Source: an uncultured candidate division Zixibacteria bacterium (GTDB taxonomy: Bacteria; Zixibacteria; MSB-5A5; UBA10806; 4484-95). From it: DNA of 64,000 nt. The position numbers were made by a program, and so were the translations under genes. Every line of letters starts with the position of its first letter. Within the stretch, counting starts at the first letter, position 1. The notes below the pieces were generated by a model. The model ran no database searches and was not told the origin of the DNA. It was given only the letters and a program-made list of their open reading frames with translations. Of this stretch, positions 31,449 through 41,770 are shown one piece after another. The stretch covers positions 192,001 to 256,000 of the forward strand of contig CAXXKA010000006.1 of the NCBI GenBank assembly GCA_963668625.2. Reading direction: 5' to 3'.

Positions 31449-31757
31449 ATGGAACCGCAAAAACCAAACGCCTACCTAGTGAAACTTACCGCTACTCGAG
31501 AGGGCTGGCCGGGAGATATGTCCGCCGAGGAGTTTTCTGTCATCCGGGAACATATCGATTATCTGAAAGATTTACAGGTGCGAGACAAACTGATTCTATC
31601 CGGGCCTGTGCTAGAGCCGTTTTATAGTATAATCATCCTTAAAACCGAATCACGCGAGGAGGCTGAGGCGCTGATAAATAGCGATCCCACGGTTGCAGCC
31701 GGACTGCAGAACTATACGGTTGAGCCTATGCGCGTGGATATCCCGCTGATGTTTTAA
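31449..31757 (+). CDS. YciI family protein
   Basis: EH.DYL..L...SGP...DP.V pattern; paralog of the N-terminus of 30259. Confidence 0.8.
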   Translation: MEPQKPNAYLVKLTATREGWPGDMSAEEFSVIREHIDYLKDLQVRDKLILSGPVLEPFYSIIILKTESREEAEALINSDPTVAAGLQNYTVEPMRVDIPLMF

Positions 31758-31930
31758 GAATATAAAATTAGTTTTCGTTATCTTGGTGACAGTTTAGCTA
31801 AAGTCAACTAATTGCATCGTTCGCTTCGCTACCTCGCAATATCAGGTATAACTCGATGTGATAATATCTTATTTATAAAAGGTATGCAGCCGGGCCGGTT
31901 GACCCGACTGCACAGGGGGCAAATAATACA

Positions 31931-34168
31931 TTAGAGATCGAAAAACATCTTGTAGGTAAGGCGAAAATTTCGGCCCGCCTCCGGCAATATCGATTTCACT
32001 CGTGATAGATGGTTGCGATACTCAGTATCGAATACGTTATCGAGGTTGACCGATATCGTATGAATGTACCTGGTTGTGGGCAAGGTATATTGAGAGTACA
32101 AGTTCAGCAATGCGTAACCGGCGGTAGGCTCCTCGAACTCATCGACACGCGTTTGTTTAGCCGCGTACCGGCAGTTAATACCGGAGGTAAGCTTCACGGC
32201 GCTATATTTTAACTCTACCTGACCTTTCAGCGGCGGTATCTGGGGGAGAGGGTTGCCCGATGTTTTGAATTCACCAATTGTGTAGCTTACCGAACCGACG
32301 AAATCTATCCTGTCGGTTATACCATATTTCAGCTCACTCTCAATACCATATAGACGAGCTCTCACTCCAGTTGCGGCGTAAACCGGAAGCACCGTGGTCC
32401 AGTTGATTTCTCCGGTATTTCGGTGTATGATATAATTATCGAGATCGTTGTAGAAAGTGTTGAGCATGAAATACAGCTTGTCGGAATTCTGGTAGATAAA
32501 AACCTCGCCGCCAACGCCTTTCTCCAAACTTAAATCGGGATTACCGGTCTCGAATGAGTATGCCGCCAGATGCGGTCCCTCGGAGAACAATTCCTCGATC
32601 GTGGGGGTACGCGTGGAGCGGCTGATATTACCGCCAATGCTCCAGTAGCGATCCAGCTCGTAAAGAATCGAAAGGGAGGCCGAAACCGAATTAAACTTAC
32701 GCTCTCTTATGTAGCCGATGCGCGAATCAGGATTGTCGTGATCGGGTTCGATAGCCGAGAAATTGTATCTGATACCGGTCTCGAAATTCAGCTTGCCCAG
32801 CTTGAAACTTTCGATAAGATACGGCGAGACGTTTAGCGAGCGAGATGGTGGACTGAATATCAAACCACCCAGATCGAGATCGCGATGCTCATAAGCGATG
32901 CCGAAAGTGCCGGTGTCGAATTGTCCCAACGCGCGATGATTGATATTTGTGTAGCCCAGGTAATTAACTATCTTGAATTCAGTGCCTATAGCTCCCGAGG
33001 CCTCGAATTCTTTATGACGGTAATACGCTCTCGTGAAATGTGTTTCGATGTTCTCCAGAAAGCTTTCGCTAAAATCCAGCCGGGCTTTCAGATTGTATCG
33101 ACGTTTTTTCATATCGATATCCACACCGTTGGGGTGCGCGCCAACGAATCCACCGGGTACGCCGTATTCGAGATCGAAATACCTGAACGATGCGCCGATG
33201 AAACCACGGCTCCCAGCATATGCACCCCCGATACCGTAGTCGAGATTTTCCGAATACGAATTCCCCAGCTTGCCTTGCGGAGTATTCAAATCGGAGGACT
33301 CTTTCCTGTTTATTTCGCCTCGCAGCATCATTCGGTTCACGGGTATGGTAAGTGAGGCGGAGTTTAGATAGCCTGAGTTGGCGGATTCGGCGTATGCTCC
33401 TATCGAGCCGAAAATATCGTTTCGGGCATCCTGCGGTATCTCGTGACGGATGACATTCACCACACCGCCAATCGTTGTCGAGCTATATTTCAATACTTGA
33501 GGCCCGCGTATCACCTCGATACGCTCGATCGAGAATGGTTCGATAGTCACCGCGTGATCCGGCGAGGTGGCCGACAGGTCTGTGGTTTTGCCGCCATCCT
33601 CGCTTATAGTAACACGGTCTCCGCCCAGGCCGCGAATTACAGGCCGGGCCGGAGCAGGGCCCATCGAGCGCATAGCCAGGCCGGTTTCGTTTTTCAATGT
33701 CGAGGCCAGAGTTTGGCCAAGCTCTTTCTGAAGCTCCTTACCTGATAGCGTGTGTGATAATTCGGATAGCTCATCGAATTTAGTATGCGTGTGACGGGTA
33801 GTTACCACGACGGGCGATATCTCGATCGGACGACTCATCAAGTAAACCGCCAGTTCCGCACCTTCGTTTTCCGTAATCTCGAAACTAATCTGGTTCTGAT
33901 AGTACCCGAGGCGGCTAACCGCGATGGTATAATAACCCGGTTGGATATTGCTGATTAGAAATGAACCATCCGATGAGCTTGAAACTTTTTGCCGCGATTC
34001 CTGAATCTCTACGACAGCACCGGCGACAGGCGCGCCATTTCCCTCATCGATAACGACACCGCTTAACTCGCCGGCATCTAAAACGCCCCCAAAAAGTAGC
34101 AAGGCGATGGGAATCACCGCCAAAAACAGACAGTGACTCCCATTGGTTATGTACTTTAACATTCTCAT
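31931..34168 (-). CDS. TonB-dependent receptor, ZnuD-like metal uptake type
   Basis: Carboxypeptidase-regulatory-like N-domain, plug motifs RPVIRGLGGDRV and DHAVTIEP, IEVIRGP, EL...GPH, YRNHLS. Confidence 0.88.
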   Translation of the reverse strand: MRMLKYITNGSHCLFLAVIPIALLLFGGVLDAGELSGVVIDEGNGAPVAGAVVEIQESRQKVSSSSDGSFLISNIQPGYYTIAVSRLGYYQNQISFEITENEGAELAVYLMSRPIEISPVVVTTRHTHTKFDELSELSHTLSGKELQKELGQTLASTLKNETGLAMRSMGPAPARPVIRGLGGDRVTISEDGGKTTDLSATSPDHAVTIEPFSIERIEVIRGPQVLKYSSTTIGGVVNVIRHEIPQDARNDIFGSIGAYAESANSGYLNSASLTIPVNRMMLRGEINRKESSDLNTPQGKLGNSYSENLDYGIGGAYAGSRGFIGASFRYFDLEYGVPGGFVGAHPNGVDIDMKKRRYNLKARLDFSESFLENIETHFTRAYYRHKEFEASGAIGTEFKIVNYLGYTNINHRALGQFDTGTFGIAYEHRDLDLGGLIFSPPSRSLNVSPYLIESFKLGKLNFETGIRYNFSAIEPDHDNPDSRIGYIRERKFNSVSASLSILYELDRYWSIGGNISRSTRTPTIEELFSEGPHLAAYSFETGNPDLSLEKGVGGEVFIYQNSDKLYFMLNTFYNDLDNYIIHRNTGEINWTTVLPVYAATGVRARLYGIESELKYGITDRIDFVGSVSYTIGEFKTSGNPLPQIPPLKGQVELKYSAVKLTSGINCRYAAKQTRVDEFEEPTAGYALLNLYSQYTLPTTRYIHTISVNLDNVFDTEYRNHLSRVKSILPEAGRNFRLTYKMFFDL

Positions 34169-34173
34169 CGTAC

Positions 34174-35037
34174 CTATTGCACTGTGATATCGACAGGCGT
34201 AAACGTTTTGCCTATTTCATCATCATGATACAAATATACAGTGATAGTGGCGGAACCAGCGCTATTGCCATATAGCTTGAACGCCCACGGTTCATCCTCA
34301 ACCTGACCGACTATCGTGACAATATTGGTATCAGAGCTTTCAACTACAAGCGAATGAGGAGGTACCGGCGGGAAGAATTCGATATCGTTGGTATCGAAAA
34401 ATAAAGCCTCTATATGATCGGTGGAATCATTAGCAGAAACAGACAAGCTACCCTCGGTGCTATCAGTAGCGGCCAGCCAGGCGGTTGCCAAAAGCTGCTC
34501 GGTTTCCTCATCATAGAGTCGAACCCCGACAGGCTCATCATGAAGGACTTCCGTGCCGACTACCACCGGTATCGGCAGCGTGGTGAAATCCGAGTGTCCC
34601 TCGTGCATAACGTTGAACTCGACCGTGCAACTTCCCGATTCCAATCCTCTGATATGAAACTCGAACGCGCCGTCCTCGCCCTCGTGCCACCATAGCTCGG
34701 CCAGCTCGGAAGTGAATGTTGCCGCGAAAGTCTGATGTCCGCCCTCATCGGGGGTAAGCGGCGGATCGATCTGTTCCCCGTCCTCATCATAAAAATATGC
34801 CTTCCAGTGAGGATTCAAGCCGAGGCTCAATTGAAGGGTATCGAGGTATGCTATGTCATCCCCGGCCTGGTAATCGGGGCCGTAATAGTCAAGAACGATG
34901 ACGCCGGATTGTTGGATGATGATCCCCACAGCATCGAAATGCTCCTCCTGGCCGGTTATATCGTTGTCATCATCACAGCCAACAAACGAGAACGCTAATG
35001 TCAAAACGAATATGATTAACAGAGTATTTCTGAACAT
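34174..35037 (-). CDS. Acidic His-containing lipoprotein (two repeated beta-sandwich domains)
   Basis: Lipobox FVGC, EEH and MHEGHSDF motifs, internal duplication. Confidence 0.75.
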   Translation of the reverse strand: MFRNTLLIIFVLTLAFSFVGCDDDNDITGQEEHFDAVGIIIQQSGVIVLDYYGPDYQAGDDIAYLDTLQLSLGLNPHWKAYFYDEDGEQIDPPLTPDEGGHQTFAATFTSELAELWWHEGEDGAFEFHIRGLESGSCTVEFNVMHEGHSDFTTLPIPVVVGTEVLHDEPVGVRLYDEETEQLLATAWLAATDSTEGSLSVSANDSTDHIEALFFDTNDIEFFPPVPPHSLVVESSDTNIVTIVGQVEDEPWAFKLYGNSAGSATITVYLYHDDEIGKTFTPVDITVQ

Positions 35038-35102
35038 GGAATGCTCCTTGGTAAAACAATTATAACAGGTTTAGTAAACTAATTATTGATACAAAAGACA
35101 GA

Positions 35103-35399
35103 TTATGCGGGTGGAGCGCGATCTCCCGGCGCACGATAATGCTCTGAATGAACGAGTTTAAGTAACTCTTCTGATTCTAAAATATATAATTGCGTGATCG
35201 TGCAATCGTCAATGGGAAGCGCGGCTTGGTCGACGAGGAAAGCGGCCTCGAACAGGTGTGCCGGGCAGTTGTCATGATCGTGACCGTCATATTCGTGATC
35301 GTGCGCGAAATTGGAGAGAGCAGGTAATGCTAATACGAAAACAATAAGCATTATCGCCATCAGTGGCGAGATTGTCAGTATTTTAGAATTTCGTTTCAT
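35103..35399 (-). CDS. DUF2946-like His-rich leader protein with C-terminal RAPP motif
   Basis: Signal/TM segment, HDHEYDGHDHDNCPAH, ending in ...GDRAPPA. Confidence 0.75.
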   Translation of the reverse strand: MKRNSKILTISPLMAIMLIVFVLALPALSNFAHDHEYDGHDHDNCPAHLFEAAFLVDQAALPIDDCTITQLYILESEELLKLVHSEHYRAPGDRAPPA

Positions 35400-35593
35400 G
35401 CTTATTAATTAACCTGTATTTCCAGGATCGGGTTCATCATTTTTCCAATCAGATAATATTTATTTGATGATTAAAATACAAGAGATATTCGATTCGGGTT
35501 CAATTTCTTCATAAATGATAATTATTTAACCCTTGCCTCATGCTGCATAATAATATAATTTCCTCATTCAAAGCTAAAACCAGGAGAATAATA

Positions 35594-37705
35594 ATGTCAA
35601 ATAGTCTCGATAAAATATTCAAACCGAAAACAGTTGCCGTAATAGGCGCCTCTAATAAACCCGGCTCGATCGGAAACGTTATCGTTAACAACCTGCTCAG
35701 GTACGAATTCAAGGGTAAAATATATCCGATTAATCCCAAAACCGATAAGATCGATTGGCTACAATGCTACCCCAGCATACTCGATGTTACCGATGAGATC
35801 GACCTGGCGATTATAGTCGTGCCGCGTGATTTCGTTGCGGCCTCGCTGGAGCAATGCGGGCAGAAAGGCGTGAAAGGTATCCTGACTATCACCGCCGGGT
35901 TCAAAGAGATAGGCGGCGAGGGGATCGAAAAAGAAAAAGAGCTTATCGATATAGTAAAAAAATATGGCATGAGAATGGTCGGACCCAACTGTTACGGTCT
36001 GGTTAACTCGGCTGATGATATCTCTTTGAACTGCACTTTTTCCAAGCTTAATCCGCCGCGTGGTGGAGTGGCGTTCATGTCGCAATCCGGCGCGCTGGGC
36101 GAGGTCGTGATCGACTATACCAGCAGGCTCAATATAGGATTCTCGCAATTCGTCTCGGTGGGCAATAAAGCCGATATCTCCGATATAGATATGCTTCGCT
36201 ACTGGGAGAACGATGATACCTGTAAGATGATACTTCTGTATCTGGAAAACGTGGAGAACGCCGCCGAGTTCACGAAAGTAGCAGGCCAGATAACTAAAAA
36301 GAAACCGATTTTCGCGGTCAAAACCGGCAGATCGAAAGCTGGCGCGAAAGCGATCAGCTCTCATACCGGCGTACTGGCCGGTGGGGACGCTGCAACCGAT
36401 GCCGTGTTCAAGCAATGCGGTATCATCCGGGCCGACTCTATCGATGAGATGTTTTTGAATGCGATGGCGTTTACTCATCAACCGATGCTTAAAGGCGACC
36501 GAATAGCCGTTATAACCAATGCCGGAGGCCCGGGTATTCTCTGCACCGATGCTGTTGAGATGTTGGGGCTGGAGATGGCGCAGTTCGATCCGAAGACGAA
36601 AGAGTACCTGCGGGCTAATCTGCAATCGATGGCGGCGGTTAACAACCCCATCGATGTCATCGCCTCGGGCGGCCCTGATGCCTACGCCGCCTCGATGGAA
36701 GCAGTACTGACCGATAGAAATGTCGATGGTGTCATTTGTATATTCGTGCCGCCGATACTGGTCGATTCCAAAGCCGTATTGAAAGCAGTTGCCGATAAAG
36801 TCAAAGAGCATGGCAATAATAAAACCGTGCTGGCCTGTTTGATGGGCTCTCCCGATGGCATCCCCGGTTCGGAGTATCTCGATGAGGTCAATGTGCCGTC
36901 ATACACGTTCCCTGAGGCAGCAGCTAAGGCTCTCAGGTCGATGGCTGAGTTCCGAGGCTGGTTGAACCGTAAAAAAGGCAAGCTGCCGAAATTCGATGTT
37001 AAAGAGAAGTCGGTCAGGAAGATTATCGATAGCGCCGTTAAACATGGCCGCAAGGCGATACTTGGCCGTGATGCTTATAAAATCCTCAAAGCTTACGGTA
37101 TCCCAATCGCGAAGGTTGCCCGGGCAAAGGATAGCAAAGAACTTAGCAAAGCTATCGATAAAGTGAAACTTCCGTTGGTGATGAAAATAGAGGATGACTC
37201 GATCTCGCATAAATCGGATGTCGGCGGGGTGATGGTCGGACTGGCAACGAAAAAAGAGGTCAACCGAGCGTTTAAGGATATGAAATCCAAATTCCCCGGC
37301 AAGGATGGCGAGTTTGCCGGCGTACTTCTGCAGGAGATGGTTTCGGATGGTGTTGAGACTATCATGGGCATGAATCAGGACCCGACTTTCGGGCAGGTTA
37401 TAATGTTTGGCCTCGGTGGAATTTTCGTGGAGATATTGAAGGATGTCTCACTGAAACTTAATCCGATTACGGATATAGACGCCGAGGAGATGATTAAATC
37501 GATTAAAAGCTCTAAAATACTTGAGGGTGCAAGGGGCGCAAAGGGTGTTGATACCGATATTCTGAGGGATACACTTCTGAAACTTTCGCAATTGGCTATG
37601 GATTTCCCGGAAATCAAATCTATCGACTTGAATCCGTTCCTGATCAGTAGCGAAAAGAAGTATTCCAAAGCGGTGGATGCCAGGTTTATCCTCAATGAGG
37701 ATTAA
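35594..37705 (+). CDS. ADP-forming acetate/acyl-CoA ligase, fused alpha-beta
   Basis: VAVIGAS, GPNCYG, SQSGAL, SHTG (phospho-His), TNAGGPG and HKSDVGGV (ATP-grasp). AGGAG RBS. Confidence 0.9.
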   Translation: MSNSLDKIFKPKTVAVIGASNKPGSIGNVIVNNLLRYEFKGKIYPINPKTDKIDWLQCYPSILDVTDEIDLAIIVVPRDFVAASLEQCGQKGVKGILTITAGFKEIGGEGIEKEKELIDIVKKYGMRMVGPNCYGLVNSADDISLNCTFSKLNPPRGGVAFMSQSGALGEVVIDYTSRLNIGFSQFVSVGNKADISDIDMLRYWENDDTCKMILLYLENVENAAEFTKVAGQITKKKPIFAVKTGRSKAGAKAISSHTGVLAGGDAATDAVFKQCGIIRADSIDEMFLNAMAFTHQPMLKGDRIAVITNAGGPGILCTDAVEMLGLEMAQFDPKTKEYLRANLQSMAAVNNPIDVIASGGPDAYAASMEAVLTDRNVDGVICIFVPPILVDSKAVLKAVADKVKEHGNNKTVLACLMGSPDGIPGSEYLDEVNVPSYTFPEAAAKALRSMAEFRGWLNRKKGKLPKFDVKEKSVRKIIDSAVKHGRKAILGRDAYKILKAYGIPIAKVARAKDSKELSKAIDKVKLPLVMKIEDDSISHKSDVGGVMVGLATKKEVNRAFKDMKSKFPGKDGEFAGVLLQEMVSDGVETIMGMNQDPTFGQVIMFGLGGIFVEILKDVSLKLNPITDIDAEEMIKSIKSSKILEGARGAKGVDTDILRDTLLKLSQLAMDFPEIKSIDLNPFLISSEKKYSKAVDARFILNED

Positions 37706-37911
37706 AAGGTATTTTATAAATATAAAAATTTCATAATATCTATTTATTTATAACCTTTCACGGCTTTTGTTAGTTATTTGAAAATTATACGCTGACATCG
37801 GCTTTTAAAGGCAAAACCTAAATAGAAGATAAATAATTCAATCTACTAACCGATACAATGACAAGAGGATAGGAAGGTAGTAGATTGGGGAATTACCGAT
37901 AAGGGCAAATT

Positions 37912-39906
37912 ATGTGTGGCATTGCTGGATATTTTCGGATAAATAAAGATAAGTCATTGGATGATATGCTCCTTACCCGAATGGTAAATATATTGGAGCA
38001 TCGCGGCCCCGATGAGTTTGGGGCTTATATTGATGATGATTGTGCTTTAGGTCAAGCACGGCTTTCCATCATCGATTTATCTACAGGACAACAACCTTTA
38101 TGTAACGAGGACGAAACCCTGTGGATCACGTTTAATGGTGAGATATATAACTACATAGAGCTTCGCGAGGAGCTTGAAAAAGCCGGCCATAAATTCCGCA
38201 CCAAATCCGATACCGAAACCATAGTTCACGCGTTCGAGCAATGGGGCCCTGATTGCGTACAGCACATGAACGGCCAATTCGCATTCGCGATATATAACAG
38301 CGTCGATAAATCAGTATTCATCGCCCGCGACAGGGTGGGCATCAGGCCGCTTTTCTACACCATTCACGATGGTATACTGTATTTCTCATCAGAGATAAAA
38401 GCGATATTTTGCGAACGATCGATTCCACGAAAGCTGGATTTTCTTGGCTTAGATGAGATTTTCACCTGGTGGACTACCAGCCCGCCGCGTACAGCATTCG
38501 AGAATATCAATGAACTCGATCCCGGCTCGACCTTGCTTATCAGGGACGGCCAGTTGAAAAAGACGAGATACTGGCAGATGGAATTTCCCGAGCAGTACGA
38601 TAACGCTCGCTCGCTCGAATCATGGGCGGAGGAACTTCACGAGTTATTAGTCGATTCGGTGAGACTTCGGTTGCGTGCCGATGTTCCGGTCGGCGGCTAT
38701 CTCTCCGGCGGACTCGATTCCTCGGCAACGGTAGCATTGATCAAGAGATTCACCTCGAATAAAATCGAGACATTCTCGATAGCGTTTCAGGATAAAGCTT
38801 ATGATGAGTCGGAGTACCAAAACCAGATGGCAGAGTACCTGGGCACGAACCATCACCAGGTAACCTGTACTTATAACGATATCGCCACCAGTTTTCCGAG
38901 CGTTATCTGGCATTCGGAGAAACCGATACTCAGAACCGCGCCGACGCCGCTTTATCTGCTTTCGAGACTGGTACGGGATAACGATTTTAAAGTCGTTCTA
39001 ACCGGTGAGGGTTCCGATGAGATACTCGGTGGTTATGATTTATTTAAAGAGACACTGATCCGCCGTTTCTGGGCAAAAGATCCCGAATCCGCCTGGCGTC
39101 CGCTTCTTCTGAAAAGGCTGTACCCGACACTGCCGTTAACCGGCGCGAGGGCGAAATTCTATCTCGAAACTTTCTACAAGAAAGGCCTGGCCGAGATAGA
39201 TAAATACTATTTCTCGCATATGCAGAGAATCAGTACGACAACCAAAGTTAAAGATTATTTCACGAATGATATTAAAGCTGCCATAAAGGATAATGATGCC
39301 GTCTCCGCGTTCGGCAACGATCTGCCCTCGGGATTTTATAACTGGCATCACCTGGCTCGCGCGCAATTCCTGGAGGCAAAATCATTACTTTCGGGATACC
39401 TGTTATCCTCGCAGGGTGACAGGGTAGCAGCCGCCAACTCGATCGAGACGCGTTTCCCGTTTTTGGATCATCGCGTGATAGAGTTTGGCGCGACTATTCC
39501 GCCGAAGCATAAGCTTTTAGGTTTGAAAGAAAAGTACGTGCTCAAAAAGGCGATGAGCAAAGAGCTGCCGCCCGAGATTATAGCCAGGGTGAAACAGCCG
39601 TATATGGCGCCCGATTCGAACTCGTTCTTCCAGAGCGATTCGCCCGAGTGGATTAGCGATGTACTCTCGGAAAGCTCGCTTGCTAAAACCGGCGTGTTCA
39701 ATCATGCCTATGTCGAAAAGCTGAAAGCTAAATGCAGCAAGCTTTCGCACGCTCATCTTTCGTTTAAAGATAACATGTCGATAATCGGGATACTATCGAC
39801 TCAACTGTTAGCGAGTCAATATCTGGATGGTTACGAACCGGCGGAGATGCTGGCCAAAGAAAAATTCACCACCTGGGTTGACCGGAGAGCCGCGATTGTG
39901 GCATAA
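37912..39906 (+). CDS. asnB: Asparagine synthase (glutamine-hydrolysing)-like amidotransferase
   Basis: MCGIAG, HRGPD, LSGGLDSS, VLTGEGSDE and RFPFLD motifs. Confidence 0.92.
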   Translation: MCGIAGYFRINKDKSLDDMLLTRMVNILEHRGPDEFGAYIDDDCALGQARLSIIDLSTGQQPLCNEDETLWITFNGEIYNYIELREELEKAGHKFRTKSDTETIVHAFEQWGPDCVQHMNGQFAFAIYNSVDKSVFIARDRVGIRPLFYTIHDGILYFSSEIKAIFCERSIPRKLDFLGLDEIFTWWTTSPPRTAFENINELDPGSTLLIRDGQLKKTRYWQMEFPEQYDNARSLESWAEELHELLVDSVRLRLRADVPVGGYLSGGLDSSATVALIKRFTSNKIETFSIAFQDKAYDESEYQNQMAEYLGTNHHQVTCTYNDIATSFPSVIWHSEKPILRTAPTPLYLLSRLVRDNDFKVVLTGEGSDEILGGYDLFKETLIRRFWAKDPESAWRPLLLKRLYPTLPLTGARAKFYLETFYKKGLAEIDKYYFSHMQRISTTTKVKDYFTNDIKAAIKDNDAVSAFGNDLPSGFYNWHHLARAQFLEAKSLLSGYLLSSQGDRVAAANSIETRFPFLDHRVIEFGATIPPKHKLLGLKEKYVLKKAMSKELPPEIIARVKQPYMAPDSNSFFQSDSPEWISDVLSESSLAKTGVFNHAYVEKLKAKCSKLSHAHLSFKDNMSIIGILSTQLLASQYLDGYEPAEMLAKEKFTTWVDRRAAIVA

Positions 39907-39978
39907 TAACATTTTAATTTGATAATTTCTAAATTTACGATAAAGTCGACACATGTAGCTCTGTAATAAGGAGGACTT

Positions 39979-40224
39979 TTGGATATCAAGGCACAGATCA
40001 GGGAATTCATCGTTGATAACTTCATGATGGGAAGAGATCCCGAGGAACTGAAAGATAACAACTCACTACTCGAGATGAACATTATCGACTCGACCGGCGT
40101 ACTGGAGATGGTTGGTTTCTTAGAGGAGACTTACGAAATCACTATCGAGGATGATGAGTTAATTCCCGATAATCTAGATTCACTAGTTAAAATGGAAGCA
40201 TTCATAAATCGTAAGAAACAATAA
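39979..40224 (+). CDS. Acyl carrier protein
   Basis: Small acidic protein with an IIDSTG phosphopantetheine Ser. AGGAGG RBS with a TTG start. Confidence 0.88.
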   Translation: MDIKAQIREFIVDNFMMGRDPEELKDNNSLLEMNIIDSTGVLEMVGFLEETYEITIEDDELIPDNLDSLVKMEAFINRKKQ

Positions 40225-40231
40225 GGTACTT

Positions 40232-41770
40232 ATGCTCGTCCATCATTTCCTGGAGGATAACTCCGAGAAGTATCCCTATAAGGATGCCGCTATTCATTTC
40301 GGAGGGCGGATAAACTACCTGGAGTTGGAGGCGGCCTCGAACAGGCTGGCCAACCATCTCATTGAGGCAGGTGTTGTGCCTGGCGACAGGGTGGCGCTTC
40401 TATTGGAATCCTCGATAAATTATATCATAGCTTATTTCGCTATATTGAAAGTCGGCGGCGTTGTAGTTGCTTTAAACACCCAGGCCGCTATAAGAAATTT
40501 CAAAACGATAATGGCCGACTGTACTGTCAGCGCTATTATCGTGCAGAAAAAACTGGCAAGCGTTATCAAGCAGGTACATGAAGACTTGCCATCCTTAAAG
40601 CACGTTGTATGTGATGGCAGCTATGACCGCTTGCCCAAAGAGTTGAGCCAGGAGTTCTGGCTGGATATCATGCTCAAAGGTGATCCATCCAGGCCGAGCG
40701 TTAGCCGCTCGAACGAGGATTATGCCCAGATTATCTATACCTCCGGTACTACCGGCTCGCCCAAAGGCGTGACATTATCTCATAAAAACCTCGTTACCAA
40801 CACCGAATCGATAGTGCAGTATCTTGGACTAACTCACGAGGATAGGGTGATGTCTATCCTGCCGTTCTATTATAGCTACGGCAACTCACTTCTGCTTACG
40901 CATATGTACTGCGGCGGCAGCCTGGTCATAGATAATCGTTTCGCGTACCCTAACGTTATATTGGAGCTGATGTCTCAGGAGCGGGTAACCGGCTTTTCGG
41001 GAGTACCCTCGACATTTGCCATATTGATGCACAAATCGAACATTCACAGCTACAGGTTCGATCATCTGAGATACCTCACCCAGGCAGGCGGCCCGATGAC
41101 ACCGGCGCTTACGCAGAAGATATTAGAGGCGATGCCGCATATACGAATATTTATCATGTACGGCCAGACCGAGGCCTCGGCGAGACTGTCTTATCTCGAA
41201 CCGGAGAAGCTTCTGGAGAAGATCGGTTCGATCGGTAAAGCAATTCCCGGAGTAACGCTCGAGGTGAAAAACGATAAGGGTAAGTCATGTAAGGTGGGCG
41301 AGACCGGCGAGATAGTAGCTCGCGGAGATAATATCATGACAGGCTACTGGAATCAGCCCGAGGCGACAAAGACCGTGCTCAAAGAGGATGGCCTTCACAC
41401 GGGCGATTTAGCGCATATTGATGAGGACGGGTATTTCTATATAGTAAGCCGTAAAACGGATATGATAAAAAGCGGCGCGCATCGTATCTCTCCCAAGGAG
41501 ATCGAGGAGATATTCGCCGAATTCCCGGGGCTGGTGGAAACCGCCGTGGTGGGTGTTCCCGATGAGATACTGGGCGAGGCGCTGGTTGCCTATATAGTAC
41601 CGAAACAGAAAATAGATACGAAGGAGCTGAGAAAACATCTTAGACTAAACCTGGCTCCGTTTAAAATCCCGAGAGAAATTATCGAGGTGAAAACTCTTCC
41701 CAAAACACCCTCGGGAAAAATACAGAAATTCAAACTGGTGGAAAATCACTCTAAGAAAGAGGTGAAATAA
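40232..41770 (+). CDS. AMP-forming acyl-CoA/acyl-ACP ligase (exosortase-associated type)
   Basis: YTSGTTGSPKG, MYGQTE, TGDL and PKTPSGKI motifs. Confidence 0.9.
   Translation: MLVHHFLEDNSEKYPYKDAAIHFGGRINYLELEAASNRLANHLIEAGVVPGDRVALLLESSINYIIAYFAILKVGGVVVALNTQAAIRNFKTIMADCTVSAIIVQKKLASVIKQVHEDLPSLKHVVCDGSYDRLPKELSQEFWLDIMLKGDPSRPSVSRSNEDYAQIIYTSGTTGSPKGVTLSHKNLVTNTESIVQYLGLTHEDRVMSILPFYYSYGNSLLLTHMYCGGSLVIDNRFAYPNVILELMSQERVTGFSGVPSTFAILMHKSNIHSYRFDHLRYLTQAGGPMTPALTQKILEAMPHIRIFIMYGQTEASARLSYLEPEKLLEKIGSIGKAIPGVTLEVKNDKGKSCKVGETGEIVARGDNIMTGYWNQPEATKTVLKEDGLHTGDLAHIDEDGYFYIVSRKTDMIKSGAHRISPKEIEEIFAEFPGLVETAVVGVPDEILGEALVAYIVPKQKIDTKELRKHLRLNLAPFKIPREIIEVKTLPKTPSGKIQKFKLVENHSKKEVK

Noticed and set aside
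35512-35528. Fur/Zur-like box TAAATGATAATTATTTA
   Set aside because: Only one half-site matches well and the region is AT-rich, so a chance match is likely.
35759-36811. Long antisense ORFs (e.g. 35759-36811, 28216-28905, 62549-63226)
   Set aside because: They are shadows of well-conserved genes on the opposite strand and have no recognisable motifs.
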